A DNA stretch of 63,964 nt, counting the filler, from Vicugna vicugna (lineage: Eukaryota): assembly GCA_013265495.1 (NCBI GenBank). It is 81 parts of 79 records of this genome, joined end to end, with 100 filler letters (N's around TTAATTAATTAA, not from the genome) between each part and the next. Parts side by side here need not be neighbours in the genome. Positions count along the whole stretch, not along the records: positions 63,520 to 63,964 come from PNXW01001627.1; 80 more parts are not named here. The stretch is one strand, 5' to 3'. Made by a program: the position numbers and the translations under genes. Positions 63,520 through 63,964 of this stretch are shown here, in pieces. Within the stretch, counting starts at the first letter, position 1. Every line of letters starts with the position of its first letter. The notes beneath the pieces are model-generated. The model did not search any database. It was not told the origin of the DNA and saw only the letters and a program-made list of their open reading frames with translations.

Positions 63520-63830
63520 AAACAAATAGAAATATACTACTTACAACCGCACTAAAAAATAAGAAATACAGGTAAACTCATGAAGGATGGAAAGACCCAG
63601 ACACTAAAAACTCTAAAATATTACTGAGAAAATCAAGGAAGACCTATATAAGTGGAGAAATAAACTTTGTTCGGGGTTAAAAATTCCATATGGTTAAGAA
63701 GTCAATTCTCCCCAAATTAATCTACAGATTCAACATAATCTACATCTAATTTCTAGGACACTAGCAGACTTTATTTTTTCACATTGACAAGCTGATTCTA
63801 AAATTAATGTGGAAAGAAGGGTAATAAAAT
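63520..63830 (+). mobile_element. Old L1 ORF2 fragment
   Basis: GTCAATTCTCCCCAAATTAATCTACAGATTCAAC, TTGACAAGCTGATTCTAAAATT. Confidence 0.85.
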
Positions 63831-63964
63831 GAAACACGATGAAGCCAGAGGACACTGGCCTTTAACCATGGAGCTGGGAGAAGCAGGAGCTGGATTTTAA
63901 GCAAGGGGGTAACAGAGATCTGAATTTTAAAAACTATCTAGTAACCACGGTTGCGGTGTAGCCC

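Overview
This window is not a contiguous locus. It is about 81 short unplaced scaffolds (roughly 0.2-1.4 kb each) from a mammalian assembly, joined by about 80 artificial 100-bp spacers (N44-TTAATTAATTAA-N44). The organism is most likely a camelid, probably South American, judged from a Vic-1-like tRNA SINE, artiodactyl-type L1 3' ends and a 267-bp satellite. Content is dominated by five satellite types: A, an AT-rich 7-mer/63-bp repeat; B, a diverged 262-267-bp family with higher-order structure; C, a homogeneous CpG-rich 267-bp monomer homologous to B; D, a ~744-bp trimer of ~248-bp subunits; and E, a ~249-bp monomer homologous to D. Also present are many L1 fragments, LTRs, a frameshifted betaretrovirus-like integrase, an ACTB retropseudogene 5' end, a COX1 NUMT and an immunoglobulin switch region. 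No intact protein-coding gene, CRISPR array or prokaryotic system is supported, and almost all ORFs in the track come from repeats or N-runs. The best leads are the two paired satellite superfamilies (B/C and D/E) and decayed L1 sequence that appears to have been re-amplified as DNA blocks.
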